The notes: generated from the sequence alone by a model not told the origin. 64,000 nt of DNA from Candidatus Spongiisociaceae bacterium (GCA_965262915.1 OZ253564.1:4768001-4832000), one strand, 5' to 3'. Counted from the first letter of the stretch, positions 19,741 through 30,222 are shown. Program-made: numbers and translations.

Positions 19741-21162
19741 ATGGGTTCTGCACTCATCAAAAACGGCACCGTCGTCACGGCTACCGAGAACATGCAGGCC
19801 GATGTACTCATCCAGGACACGAAGATCGTCGCCATTGTCGCATCCGGCTCGATCGACCTGGGCCTCATGGCCGACCGCACCATCGACGCTGCCGGGAAGC
19901 TGGTGATACCGGGCGGCATCGATGTGCACACCCACATGGAACTGCCCTTCGGCGGGACCTTCGCCGCCGACACCTTCGAGACCGGGAGCCGGGCTGCCGC
20001 CTGGGGAGGTACGACCACGATCGTGGACTTCGCCGTACAGACCAAGGGCGAGTCGGCCATGGACGGGTTCGAGAAGTGGATGGCCAAGGCCGAGGGCGAG
20101 TGCGCCATCGACTACGGCTTCCACATGATCACCGGAGACATCAACGAGCAGACCCTCAAGGAGATGGACATGCTGGTGGACGAGGGCGTCACCTCGTTCA
20201 AGATGTTCATGGCGTATCCGGGGGTCTTCTACTCCGACGACGGCGAGATCGTCATGGCCATGCAGAAAGCCGCCGAGAACGGGTCGATGATCGCCATGCA
20301 CGCCGAGAACGGCATCGCCATCGACGTCTTCGTCAACCAGGCGCTCCAGAGGGGTGAGACCGACCCGATCTATCACGGGCTGGCCCGCAAGTCGGTGCTG
20401 GAAGGCGAAGCGACCCACCGCGCCATCCGCCTCGCCGAGGTCACCGGCGCTCCGGTCTACTTCGTGCATCTGTCCGCCCTCGAAGCGCTCGATCAGGTCA
20501 CGCTGGCGCGCGACGAGGGAAGGAACGTGTTCGCCGAAACATGCCCCCAGTACCTGCTGCTGGATCTCGAAAAACTCGGAAACGAATTCGAGGGCGCCAA
20601 ATACGTATGCTCGCCACCGCTGCGTGACCGGGCGGCGGGACATCAGGATCGACTGTGGCAGGGCCTAAGAACCGACGACCTTCAGGTTGTCTCCACCGAC
20701 CACTGCCCCTTCTGCATGGGTGACCACCACACGTTCGGGACCCAGAAACAGCTCGGGAGGGACAACTTCGCGGCGATACCCAACGGGATCCCCGTGGTCG
20801 AGAACCGGATGGAACTGATATTCGACGCCGGAGTCGTCGGCCGTCGTATCAACTTGAACCGGTTCGTCGAGATCACCGCCACCGCCCCCGCCAAGATGTT
20901 CGGCCTGTTCCCGAAGAAGGGTACGATCGCGGTGGGGAGTGACGCCGACATCGTGATCCTCGACCCCGACCGCACCCACACCATCTCGGTGGAAACCCAT
21001 CACATGGATGTCGACTACTCGGCGTTCGAGGGGAGGGAGATCACCGGCAAGGTCGAAACGGTCTTGTCGAAGGGCGAGGTCATCATCGCGGACGGCCGCT
21101 ACCACGGGGGCAAGGGTGACGGCGAGTACCTGCGACGCGGCACGACCATGCTGCTGCGCTGA
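19741..21162 (+). CDS. hydA: dihydropyrimidinase
   Basis: PGGIDVHTH, SFKMFMAY, MHAENG, ETCPQYL, STDHCPF. Confidence 0.94.
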   Translation: MGSALIKNGTVVTATENMQADVLIQDTKIVAIVASGSIDLGLMADRTIDAAGKLVIPGGIDVHTHMELPFGGTFAADTFETGSRAAAWGGTTTIVDFAVQTKGESAMDGFEKWMAKAEGECAIDYGFHMITGDINEQTLKEMDMLVDEGVTSFKMFMAYPGVFYSDDGEIVMAMQKAAENGSMIAMHAENGIAIDVFVNQALQRGETDPIYHGLARKSVLEGEATHRAIRLAEVTGAPVYFVHLSALEALDQVTLARDEGRNVFAETCPQYLLLDLEKLGNEFEGAKYVCSPPLRDRAAGHQDRLWQGLRTDDLQVVSTDHCPFCMGDHHTFGTQKQLGRDNFAAIPNGIPVVENRMELIFDAGVVGRRINLNRFVEITATAPAKMFGLFPKKGTIAVGSDADIVILDPDRTHTISVETHHMDVDYSAFEGREITGKVETVLSKGEVIIADGRYHGGKGDGEYLRRGTTMLLR

Positions 21163-21248
21163 AGCGCACACGCGGGAACCCGACGGTGTATCCAGCAGGG
21201 CGCTAGCGTCGAGGTTAAGCAAGGACCTACAGGACAAGGTAAGAAACG

Positions 21249-22742
21249 ATGAAAACCATAACCCATTGGATCAAGGGCAAGTCCTGGGAAGGGGAACCGC
21301 AGCGGACCGGTCCGGTGTTCAATCCGGCCACCGGGCGGCAGACCGCCGAGGTGACCTTCGCCACCGCCGAAGAGGTGGACCAAGCCGTCGGCGCGGCTCG
21401 GAAGGCGTTCGAAGACTGGCGCTCGGTGTCGCTCACCCGCCGCCAGAACATCATGTTCGCCTACCGGGAACTGATCACCCGGCACCGCCTGGACCTGGCC
21501 CGTGCCCTCACCGCCGAACACGGCAAGACCCTCGACGACGCCCTCGGCGAAGTGCAGCGGGGCCTCGAAGTGGTGGAGTTCTCCTGCAACATCGCCCACC
21601 TCCTCAAAGGGGAGTTCTCCGAACAGGTCAGCACCTCGGTCGACACCTACACCGTACGCCAACCGCTGGGCGTGGCGGCCGGGATCACCCCGTTCAACTT
21701 CCCCGCCATGGTGCCGATGTGGATGTTCCCGATCGCCATCGCCTGCGGGAACACCTTCGTACTGAAGCCATCCGAAAAGGACCCGTCGCCGTCCCTGCTC
21801 AACGCCGAGCTGCTGGCCGAGGCCGGCCTTCCCGACGGGGTGTTCAACGTGGTTCACGGCGACAAGATGGCGGTGGACGCCATAGTTGCCCACCCCGATG
21901 TTGCCGCCATATCTTTCGTGGGCTCGACCCCGATCGCCCGCTACATCTACGAGCAGGGAACCCGCAACGGCAAGCGGGTCCAGGCCCTGGGCGGCGCCAA
22001 GAACCACATGATCGTGCTGCCCGACGCGGACATGGACCTGGCGGCCGACGCGGCGGTGTCGGCCGGGTACGGATCGGCCGGCGAACGGTGCATGGCCATT
22101 TCGGTGGTGGTGACGGTGGGCGATGCCGCCGACCGGCTGCTGCCCAAAGTCAGGGAACGCATAGCCGAGTTGGTAGTAGGACCGGGGGACTCCGAACGCG
22201 CCCAGATGGGTCCGCTGGTAACCGCACAGCATCGCGACCGCGTCGCCGGCTACGTCGACGCCGGCGAGGCGGAAGGAGCAATTCTCCTCGAAGACGGTAG
22301 GGGCTTCACCAGCGAAGGACACGAGGACGGATTCTTCTTCGGACCCACCCTGTTCGACGAGGTGACACCCGACATGTCCGTCTACCGGGACGAGATATTC
22401 GGACCGGTCCTCTCGCTGGTGCGCACCGGCTCCTACCAGGAAGCCATCGACCTGATCAACGTCAACCCCTACGGCAACGGAACCGCTGTCTTTACCAACG
22501 ACGGAGGCGCGGCGCGCAAGTTCCAGTCGGAGATCGAGGTGGGCATGGTGGGCATCAACGTGCCGATACCGGTTCCGCTCTCGTTCTACTCGTTCGGGGG
22601 ATGGAAGGACTCGATATTCGGGGATCATGCCATCTACGGTCCCGACGGCGTACATTTCTACACTCGGCCCAAGGTGGTGATCACCAGATGGCCCGACCCC
22701 ATCCATCGCGGGGTGGATCTCGGATTCCCCCAGCACCGCTAA
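21249..22742 (+). CDS. mmsA: CoA-acylating (methyl)malonate-semialdehyde dehydrogenase
   Basis: ITPFNFPAMVPMW, LKPSEKDP, GGAKNH, AGERCMA. Confidence 0.94.
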   Translation: MKTITHWIKGKSWEGEPQRTGPVFNPATGRQTAEVTFATAEEVDQAVGAARKAFEDWRSVSLTRRQNIMFAYRELITRHRLDLARALTAEHGKTLDDALGEVQRGLEVVEFSCNIAHLLKGEFSEQVSTSVDTYTVRQPLGVAAGITPFNFPAMVPMWMFPIAIACGNTFVLKPSEKDPSPSLLNAELLAEAGLPDGVFNVVHGDKMAVDAIVAHPDVAAISFVGSTPIARYIYEQGTRNGKRVQALGGAKNHMIVLPDADMDLAADAAVSAGYGSAGERCMAISVVVTVGDAADRLLPKVRERIAELVVGPGDSERAQMGPLVTAQHRDRVAGYVDAGEAEGAILLEDGRGFTSEGHEDGFFFGPTLFDEVTPDMSVYRDEIFGPVLSLVRTGSYQEAIDLINVNPYGNGTAVFTNDGGAARKFQSEIEVGMVGINVPIPVPLSFYSFGGWKDSIFGDHAIYGPDGVHFYTRPKVVITRWPDPIHRGVDLGFPQHR

Positions 22743-22779
22743 GAGGGGCGAAAGAACACTGGACGATGGGATAGGAAGC

Positions 22780-23787
22780 ATGGACTTCGGTGTCGTACTC
22801 CAGACCGATCCACCGGCCTCACGGGTGGTGGAACTCACCCGCATGGCGGAGGCCAACGGATTCACACACGCCTGGACCTTCGATTCCCACATCCTGTGGC
22901 AGGAGCCGTTCGTGATCTACTCACGGATGCTGGCCGAGACCGAGCGGATGGTGGTGGGTCCCATGGTGACCAACCCCGGTACCCGGGACTGGACGGTGCT
23001 GGCCTCCCTGTTTGCCACCCTCAACGACATGTACGGGGACCGGACCATCTGCGGGATGGGGCGGGGAGACTCGGCCCTTCGCTGCATCGGCCGCAGGCCT
23101 CGTACCCTGGCCAAGATGGTCGAGTCGATGAAGGTCATAAAGGGCCTGGTAGCGGGAGACGAAGTCGACTACGACGGCACCCCGCTCCGCATACCGTGGA
23201 TCTCCCAGGGCTGGGACCTGCCGATGTGGGCGGCCGGTTACGGACCGAAAGCCCTGGCCACGGTGGGCCGCCACGCCGACGGGTTCATCCTGCAGTTGGC
23301 CGACCCCCAGATCCTCCAATGGACAGTGGCCGCGGTACGGGCTGCGGCCGCGGATGCAGGACGGGATCCCGAAGAGATAACGATCTGCGTGGTGGCTCCG
23401 GCTTACGTCGGGGACAACATCGAACACCAGCGGGAGAAACTCCGGTGGTTCGGGGGCATGGTCGGCAACCACGTCCACGACCTCGTCAAGCGCTACGGCT
23501 CGGACAACCCCGAGATGGTTCCCGAAGTACTGGCCGACTACATCGCCGCCCGGGAAGGCTACGACTACGCCCATCACGGGAGATCCGGTAACCCGTCCAC
23601 CGACTTCGTCCCGGATGCGATCGTCGACCGCTTCTGCGTGCTCGGGACGGCAGAAGATCACATCGCCAAACTGGAGTTCCTACGGGATCTCGGGATGGAC
23701 CACTTCGGGATCTACCTGATGCACGACGACCGGGAGGGCACCCTGGCCGCCTACGGAGATTCGGTTATACCTGCGATCGGTGGGTAA
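22780..23787 (+). CDS. F420-dependent LLM oxidoreductase, TIGR03842-like
   Basis: MDFGVVLQTDPPA, WTFDSHILWQEP, GPMVTNPGTRDW, WFGGMVGNHV. Confidence 0.88.
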   Translation: MDFGVVLQTDPPASRVVELTRMAEANGFTHAWTFDSHILWQEPFVIYSRMLAETERMVVGPMVTNPGTRDWTVLASLFATLNDMYGDRTICGMGRGDSALRCIGRRPRTLAKMVESMKVIKGLVAGDEVDYDGTPLRIPWISQGWDLPMWAAGYGPKALATVGRHADGFILQLADPQILQWTVAAVRAAAADAGRDPEEITICVVAPAYVGDNIEHQREKLRWFGGMVGNHVHDLVKRYGSDNPEMVPEVLADYIAAREGYDYAHHGRSGNPSTDFVPDAIVDRFCVLGTAEDHIAKLEFLRDLGMDHFGIYLMHDDREGTLAAYGDSVIPAIGG

Positions 23788-23954
23788 TCGGTGACCGGCG
23801 GAGTACGTCTAGTTGGTGTCGCCGGTTCGTACGGGCTTACCTGAATAGCTCAGCTGCGTCCCAGTCCGGGTGCACTGCAGTCACGTAATCGTGTAGCAGC
23901 GCTCGGCACACGTCCTGCGTGCTGGTCTCGGTGAGCTTGATGATGTTATCGATC

Positions 23955-24644
23955 TCATCGGCCGCGGTGCGAGATCTTGAATCTCTGGGACCAGACCCCT
24001 CTGCGGCTCCAGCCATGCCTCAGGTGCCACCCGCTGATCAGCCTGTAAACGGTACGGCCACCGTAGGTGACCGATGGAAGCAGAAACGAAAGCTCGTCCT
24101 TTGGTTTGGTAGCTCGCTCAAGAGCGTTCACCACCAAGGTCGAGAACTTCATGTATTCGGCCCAAGCCTGGGCCTGCAGCCGCTCCTTAACGGACGTCGG
24201 CACCGAGAACGCGATCGTCGGCCGCCCCTCTTTGGTCGACCCACCTGCTGATCGCAGGTCTCGGGCCGAAGCGTATTCCTCCTCGGTTACCTTGCGGCGT
24301 TTCCAGACGGTGGCGCCGCCGGTGGTGTGGGACAGGTGGGTCATGGGTGAGTCCGGCAGCGCGCCGTGCCAATGGACCTCTCCGGGTGGGGCATGGACGA
24401 GGTCTCCGGTGGAGATCTCGACGGCGGAACCCTCATCGTTCTGGACAAGACCCGCACCGTTCGTGACGTACAGCACCTGTCCGCCGGGGTGGTAGTGCCA
24501 ATCGGTGCGGGCCCCCGGAGAGAAGCTCACCGCCAGGATGTTGAGGGCGCCGTCGTTCCTCACCGGCCCGAACAGGACCTCCCCGGTGAAGTTCCCGGCC
24601 GGGGCTTTCCCCCATTCGATGTCTCCCGGCTTCCAGTGCTCCAT
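23955..24644 (-). CDS. cupin-domain protein with C-terminal ribbon-helix-helix-like extension
   Basis: FSPGARTDWHYHPGGQVL, PGEVHWHGA; typical end VTEEEY followed by ~100 extra residues. Confidence 0.8.
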   Translation of the reverse strand: MEHWKPGDIEWGKAPAGNFTGEVLFGPVRNDGALNILAVSFSPGARTDWHYHPGGQVLYVTNGAGLVQNDEGSAVEISTGDLVHAPPGEVHWHGALPDSPMTHLSHTTGGATVWKRRKVTEEEYASARDLRSAGGSTKEGRPTIAFSVPTSVKERLQAQAWAEYMKFSTLVVNALERATKPKDELSFLLPSVTYGGRTVYRLISGWHLRHGWSRRGVWSQRFKISHRGR

Positions 24645-24945
24645 GGCCCTCCCAGTCTTGTCCCTCGGTGAACCTTCAGGAGAGAACTGAGGTTACCGGC
24701 TGTATGTGCTGCGCGCACGCCGAGCGGATGCGGATACCGCCGGGCGTCCCCATTCCACGCCGGTCGGGTATCGGGAGAACTCTCGGGGTTTTTCTGGTGT
24801 GGCCTGGATTGTCAGCCCGGCCGCCGCGCACCGGTCGCTATGGCGTCGGGCCGACCGGTTCTGCTCGGTGTTGATCCAGGAACTGGTCCATGGGGCTATC
24901 TCGAGTATTGTAGACTACCGTTGATAGCTCTATTGTTAAAGCGTA

Positions 24946-25073
24946 CGGGGGTCGCAGGGTCTCAGTCGTCACGGACTACTGACCATTCACAAGGTTCCGT
25001 TTATGGCCCCTCTCTCACCGACAGGGGTCTCCGTCAAGAACCGATACACCTTCGAACCACCGTTCGGCCCCCG
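24946..25073 (+). ncRNA. candidate multi-stem RNA upstream of the DUF3800-like gene
   Basis: Closing stem CGGGGGTCG/CGGCCCCCG, inner hairpins, promoter-like TTGTAG-N17-TATTGT at 24908-24936. Confidence 0.35.
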
Positions 25074-25106
25074 CGGCAAGATCAGTAAAGCTGCGAGTCC
25101 GTTCCT

Positions 25107-25646
25107 ATGAGCATGCACGCCTACGCGGACGAGTCCGTCCGTGGTCGCGACTACATCATCTGCGTCACGTCGATTCCGTCGAGGGATGTCAAGACGGCAC
25201 GACGGAAACTACGAACTCTCACCGCCCGAGGCCAGAGACGTATCCACTTCGCCACTGACAGCGACCAGCGTCGGCGCGCTCTTCTGTCACAAATCGCCAC
25301 CGTCGGTACGTCATCGGTCATCTACATAGCCCGTCACCGGGACCAGGTGGCCGCCCGAGCCGCGATTGTCAAGGTGGTCGCGGCTGACCTGCTGACATCC
25401 GGTGTGACCTTCTTTGTCCTCGAATCACGGGAGGGGCAAGATCATCGCGATCGTGCAATCATCTCCGGCGAACTCGGTACCTTCCGACCGCCTCCGTTTG
25501 GCTACACCCACAAGACGCCGGGCGGCGAACCCCTGCTTTGGGTGCCGGACGCTGTCGCCTGGGCGTGGGGTCGAGGGAACAAATGGCGGACGACCGTTCA
25601 GGATCTTGGCCTCGTTGTTGATACGAAACGCGTTGAAGTCTCATAG
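25107..25646 (+). CDS. DUF3800-like (RNase H-fold) protein
   Basis: HAYADES, RRIHF, EPLLWVPDAVAWAW. Confidence 0.7.
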   Translation: MSMHAYADESVRGRDYIICVTSIPSRDVKTARRKLRTLTARGQRRIHFATDSDQRRRALLSQIATVGTSSVIYIARHRDQVAARAAIVKVVAADLLTSGVTFFVLESREGQDHRDRAIISGELGTFRPPPFGYTHKTPGGEPLLWVPDAVAWAWGRGNKWRTTVQDLGLVVDTKRVEVS

Positions 25647-25730
25647 AAACGCGCGGAGGCCCGACCGCTCACCGTCCGGAGAGGAGCCGGGCCCGCTTCC
25701 ACGGGCTAGTGCCCTGGCACCTCTAATTGT
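25647..25730 (+). ncRNA. candidate DUF3800-associated RNA motif
   Basis: Directly after the stop: GGCCCG(25658-63)/CGGGCC(25688-93) stem enclosing ACCGTCCGGA, then GCTTCC and GTGCC/GGCAC. Confidence 0.55.
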
Positions 25731-25750
25731 TGTCGGAGATCCTGCTGCTG

Positions 25751-27202
25751 TCAATGCTGAATCTCCGAGGAACCTTCTTGAGTTCTTCGTTTCACGCCGG
25801 TGACCAACACTTCGAGCGGAGCGGCAGTTTGGTCGATGAAGCGCCACAGCCGCTCGACGTGCTCCTCCCGTGTGTTGACCTGACCGATAGACACGCGCAC
25901 GAAAGCCGTGTCACCGATCCGAGACGGCGTAAGGAAGGAGTGGCCGGAACGGTTCACGTCCGCGGCGAGAGATTCGGTGGCCTGATTACCAGCCCGGTGG
26001 CGGAAACACACTAGGGAGAACGGCACGGGCGCGACGAGCTCGAGACGCTGATCCGCCTCGATCCGGGCCGCTAGATCCCGGGCCCACGCCACGTTGGCGC
26101 GCAGCCGGGCGCGGATCCCCGCAGCCCCGTAGTAGCGGAGCACGAACCACAGCTTCAGGGAGCGAAAGCGGCGGCCGAGCGCCACGTGCCAGTCCCGGTA
26201 GTCGATGACCTGACCACTTTCCGATGCCTCGTTGCGTAGGTATTCGGGCAGGATCGAGAGGGCTTGGATGAGCGGCGCGCGGTCGGCCACGAAGAACAGA
26301 GATCCATCGAAGGTCATCGGGGTCCACTTGTAGGGGTTGACCGTATAGCTGTCTGCGAGTTCGAGGCCGTCCTGATGGTGCCGGAACTCCTCGCAGAGCA
26401 TGGCGTTGCCCGCGAAGGCGGCGTCGACGTGGTGCCACATCCCCTGCTCCCGAGCCAACTCGCCGATAGCTCGCACCGGGTCCACAGCCGTGGTCCCGGT
26501 AGTGCCGATGGTGGAACATACGAAGGTCGGAACCAGACCGGCGTCCCGGTCGTCGGCGACCCGGTCGACCAACTCATCGAGGTCCATGGCGTAGACATCA
26601 TCCACATCGACCAGGCGGATGTGTTCGTAGCCCGCCACACGGGCACCCTTCTCGATCGAGGAGTGAGCCTGCGTGCTGGTGTAGGCAACACAGCGGCGGA
26701 TGTCGGCGCCAAGGCGCTGGGCCCGATCGCGGGCCACCACGACAGCCACGTGAGCGGCATCGGAGGCAGTCTGCTGCATCACGCCGCCTCCCTTCGCAGT
26801 GGTCTTCCAACCCGCAGGGAGACCCATCAGGTCCACCATCCAGTCCATCATGACGGTCTCGAGTTCTGTACACACCGGGCTGGTGGCCCACAGCATGCCC
26901 TGCTGGTCCAGGCCGGCCGCCACCAACTCGCCCAGCATCCCCGGACCCGACGTGGTGCATGGGAAGTAGGCAAACCATCCGGGCGAGGTCCAGTTGGTCA
27001 GCCCCGGCACCACGATCCGGTCCAGATCGGCGGCTATCGCCTCGAAGCCCTCCGGTTCCTCGGGCGCCTTCTCGGGTAGCATCTCGCGGATCCACCCCGG
27101 CGCTACCTCCGACTGCACCGGGAGATGGCTCACCCGCTCCATGTAGCCGGCTAACCAGTCGATCATTGCGTAGCCGTGGCGCCGAAACTCTTCAGGGGTC
27201 AT
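25751..27202 (-). CDS. group II PLP-dependent aromatic-L-amino-acid decarboxylase
   Basis: MTPEEFRRHG, FAYFP, SPVCTELE, AHSSIEK, HVDAAFAG, NPYKW, DYRDWHVALGRRFRSLKLWFVLR. Confidence 0.92.
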   Translation of the reverse strand: MTPEEFRRHGYAMIDWLAGYMERVSHLPVQSEVAPGWIREMLPEKAPEEPEGFEAIAADLDRIVVPGLTNWTSPGWFAYFPCTTSGPGMLGELVAAGLDQQGMLWATSPVCTELETVMMDWMVDLMGLPAGWKTTAKGGGVMQQTASDAAHVAVVVARDRAQRLGADIRRCVAYTSTQAHSSIEKGARVAGYEHIRLVDVDDVYAMDLDELVDRVADDRDAGLVPTFVCSTIGTTGTTAVDPVRAIGELAREQGMWHHVDAAFAGNAMLCEEFRHHQDGLELADSYTVNPYKWTPMTFDGSLFFVADRAPLIQALSILPEYLRNEASESGQVIDYRDWHVALGRRFRSLKLWFVLRYYGAAGIRARLRANVAWARDLAARIEADQRLELVAPVPFSLVCFRHRAGNQATESLAADVNRSGHSFLTPSRIGDTAFVRVSIGQVNTREEHVERLWRFIDQTAAPLEVLVTGVKRRTQEGSSEIQH

Positions 27203-27456
27203 GTCACCGCGATCGGTCCATCATCCTTATGCAGTGCGAGTCAGGATAGAGGGTCAGATGGTGCCTGACTTCGGGGCCGGAACATGGCCTGCCTGTCACT
27301 CGAGCCGGACCGCGCGCCTATCGAGTCCCCTACGGACAGTTGTACAGCCATGGGGACAAGGGCGATGTCGGGTGATCCGCCGCGGTACACGGGTTGTCAC
27401 AGTGGTGTCGCATGATGAATGGGTACCAGGACACGGGTGCCATCAGAAAGTAGGCA

Positions 27457-27711
27457 ATGGGCAGGCAACACAAGCTCCTCCAGAAGATTCTGGGCGGTCA
27501 CTCGGACGCCAACATCCGCTTCAACGAGTTGCGCCGCCTGCTCAAGAAACTCGGATTCGTCGAGCGCGTCCGCGGTAGCCACCATGTGTTCGTGCGGAGA
27601 GGCATCGCCGAGAGAGTCATCTTGCAGCGAGATGGCAAACATGCGAAACCGTATCAGATACGGCAAGTTCGTAGGATGGTCCTGAGGAATAGACTAGGTC
27701 TCGAGGAGTGA
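27457..27711 (+). CDS. hicA: HicA family toxin
   Basis: LKKLGFVERVRGSHHVF, AKPYQIRQV. Confidence 0.9.
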   Translation: MGRQHKLLQKILGGHSDANIRFNELRRLLKKLGFVERVRGSHHVFVRRGIAERVILQRDGKHAKPYQIRQVRRMVLRNRLGLEE

Positions 27712-27923
27712 TGCACAAGTACGGAATCGTTCTCTATTGGAGCACCACCGATCAGGCGTATGTGGCCGAGGTTCCGGAGCTCCCCGGATGCATGGCTCAC
27801 GGCGACACTCAGGAAGCTGCTCTCAGGAACGTCAACGAGGCAACGGGACTCTGGATCGATAGCGCGAGGGAGTTCGGGGATCCGGTGCCGGAACCTAGTG
27901 GCGAACGTCTAGCACGGGCCTGA
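27708..27923 (+). CDS. hicB: HicB family antitoxin (short form)
   Basis: YVAEVPELPGCMAHGDTQEAA; overlaps the hicA stop. Confidence 0.9.
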   Translation: MMHKYGIVLYWSTTDQAYVAEVPELPGCMAHGDTQEAALRNVNEATGLWIDSAREFGDPVPEPSGERLARA

Positions 27924-28084
27924 TCCTCATCTCACGCACCAAGCGCCCCGGTGTGGCCGCCGCCTGCCCACGAGCTTCCATACGCATCAGGACTCCCGAT
28001 CTCGCAGTCATCGATGGAACGCGAATGCTCCGCGCGGTGGATCCCTGTTCGGCGCACCACTAGTAGCATGCCCCCGGAGAAACG

Positions 28085-29512
28085 ATGACCACTGTACCGA
28101 GAACTCTGTTCCAGAAGGTTTGGGACGCCCACGTGGCCCACGAGGCGCCGGGCGAGCCCTCCATTCTGTATATCGACCTCCACCTGGTGCACGAGGTAAC
28201 CAGCCCCCAGGCCTTCGACGGGCTGCGCGTGGCCGGCCGGGGCGTGCGGCGGCCCGATCTGATCCTGGCGACCATCGACCACGGGGTTCCGACCACCAAC
28301 CGGAACCTCGGAATCAGGGACCCGCTGTCGAAGAGACAGATCGATGCGCTGATCCGCAGGCGCCGGGCGACATCCATTGCGAGGAGTACGGGATCACCCT
28401 GTACGGGCTGCGACGATCCCCGCCAGGGGATCGTGCACATCATCGGCCCCGAGCAGGGGCTGACCCAGCCGGGCATGACCATCGTGTGCGGTGACTCCCA
28501 CACGGCCACCCATGGGGCTTTCGGCGCCCTGGCCTTCGGGATAGGCACGTCGGAGGTCGAGCACGTGCTCGCCACCCAGACCCTCCCCCAGATCAAACCG
28601 AAGGCGATGGCGGTCACCGTGGAAGGGGACCTCCCGAGAGGAGTGGCAGCCAAGGACATCATCCTGGCCATAATCGCCAGGATCGGGGTGGCCGGAGGCA
28701 CGGGACACGTGATCGAGTACCGGGGCTCGACCATCCGGTCGCTGTCGATGGCCGGCCGCATGACCATCTGCAACATGTCGATCGAGGGCGGCGCCCGGGC
28801 CGGGATGGTGGGACCCGACGACACCACCTACTCGTACATCGAGGGGCGTCCCCACGCTCCCGAGGCCTGGGAACAGGCGTTGGACCACTGGCGCACCCTC
28901 CCCACCGACGAGGGCGCCACCTTCGACTCCGAGATCGAAGTGGACGCCCGGTCCCTCGAACCTCACGTTTCATGGGGTACCAACCCCGCCCAGACGGCGC
29001 CGGTGAGTTCACGAGTCCCTCATCCCGACGACTACGACGACCCTCTCGACCGGGAAGGGTGCAACCGAGCCCTGGACTACATGGACCTGGCGGCCGGAGT
29101 GCCTATCACCGACATCCGGCTGGACCGCGTGTTCCTCGGGTCCTGTACGAACGCCCGCATAGAGGACCTCCGGGCCGCGGCCGCCGTGGTCGAAGGCCGC
29201 AAGGTGGACAGGCGCGTGCAGGCGATGGTGGTACCCGGTTCCGGACTCGTGAAGCTCCAAGCCGAGGAGGAGGGCCTGGACCGGATCTTCAAGGAGGCCG
29301 GGTTCGAATGGCGCGACGCGGGCTGCTCCATGTGCCTGGGGATGAACGACGACATCCTGGCGCCCGGCGAGCGGTGCGCGTCGACATCGAACCGTAATTT
29401 CGAAGGTAGGCAGGGTCGCAGAGGCCGCACCCACCTGGTGAGCCCCGAGATGGCAGCCGCCGCGGCGGTGACCGGCCACTTCGTCGATGTGCGCACCTGG
29501 GACCGACCATGA
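28085..29512 (+). CDS. leuC: 3-isopropylmalate dehydratase large subunit (with local compensated frameshift)
   Basis: [57 protein letters not shown]. Confidence 0.95.
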   Translation: MTTVPRTLFQKVWDAHVAHEAPGEPSILYIDLHLVHEVTSPQAFDGLRVAGRGVRRPDLILATIDHGVPTTNRNLGIRDPLSKRQIDALIRRRRATSIARSTGSPCTGCDDPRQGIVHIIGPEQGLTQPGMTIVCGDSHTATHGAFGALAFGIGTSEVEHVLATQTLPQIKPKAMAVTVEGDLPRGVAAKDIILAIIARIGVAGGTGHVIEYRGSTIRSLSMAGRMTICNMSIEGGARAGMVGPDDTTYSYIEGRPHAPEAWEQALDHWRTLPTDEGATFDSEIEVDARSLEPHVSWGTNPAQTAPVSSRVPHPDDYDDPLDREGCNRALDYMDLAAGVPITDIRLDRVFLGSCTNARIEDLRAAAAVVEGRKVDRRVQAMVVPGSGLVKLQAEEEGLDRIFKEAGFEWRDAGCSMCLGMNDDILAPGERCASTSNRNFEGRQGRRGRTHLVSPEMAAAAAVTGHFVDVRTWDRP

Positions 29513-30114
29513 GACCGGTCGGCACCATCTCGGGAACCATGGCCCCGCTGCCGCGCAGCAACGTCGATACCGACCAGATCATGCCCAAGCAGTTCCTCAA
29601 GCGGGTGGAGCGCAGCGGCTACGGTCGTTACCTGTTCCACGACTGGGCCAGGACACCGAGCGGGGATCTCGATCCGCACTTCGTCCTCAACCGCACCGTG
29701 TATCGGGACGCGAAGGTGCTGGTGAGCGGACCCAACTTCGGTTCCGGATCGTCTCGCGAGCATGCCCCCTGGGGTATCCAGGACTGGGGATTCGAAGCTG
29801 TCATAGCCCCCTCGTTCGCCGACATCTTCTACAACAACTGCACCAAGATCGGCCTGCTCCCGGTCAGGCTCCCCGGCAGCGAGGCGAGCGGGCTGATGGA
29901 ACTCGCCACCGATGACCCGCACACGGTCGTGACGATCGACCTGGCCGGCCAGACCGTCGAGGCCGGAGACCGCCGGTCGCAATTCGAGATCGATCCCTTC
30001 ACGAAGTACCGCCTGCTCGAAGGGCTGGACGACATCGGCCTCACGCTCCGCCATATCCAGGCTATCAACGCCTTCGAGGCCGGCCGTGCCGACCACCTGC
30101 CCGGCCTCGGGTAG
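29509..30114 (+). CDS. leuD: 3-isopropylmalate dehydratase small subunit
   Basis: [35 protein letters not shown]. Confidence 0.95.
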   Translation: MRPVGTISGTMAPLPRSNVDTDQIMPKQFLKRVERSGYGRYLFHDWARTPSGDLDPHFVLNRTVYRDAKVLVSGPNFGSGSSREHAPWGIQDWGFEAVIAPSFADIFYNNCTKIGLLPVRLPGSEASGLMELATDDPHTVVTIDLAGQTVEAGDRRSQFEIDPFTKYRLLEGLDDIGLTLRHIQAINAFEAGRADHLPGLG

Positions 30115-30213
30115 GAGGGTGCTGGAAAACCCCCTATTGACCCGGCAGTCGATGGCAAACCATCTGTTCCGCGAATACCGCGCCAAGCGCTACCATCGTT
30201 CTCGAGCACCCTC
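30115..30213. mobile_element. MITE, subfamily B (99 bp)
   Basis: GAGGGTGCT...AGCACCCTC flanked by GTAG/CTAG; abuts the leuD TAG; related to 48852-48977. Confidence 0.7.
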
Positions 30214-30222
30214 CTAGGCCAC

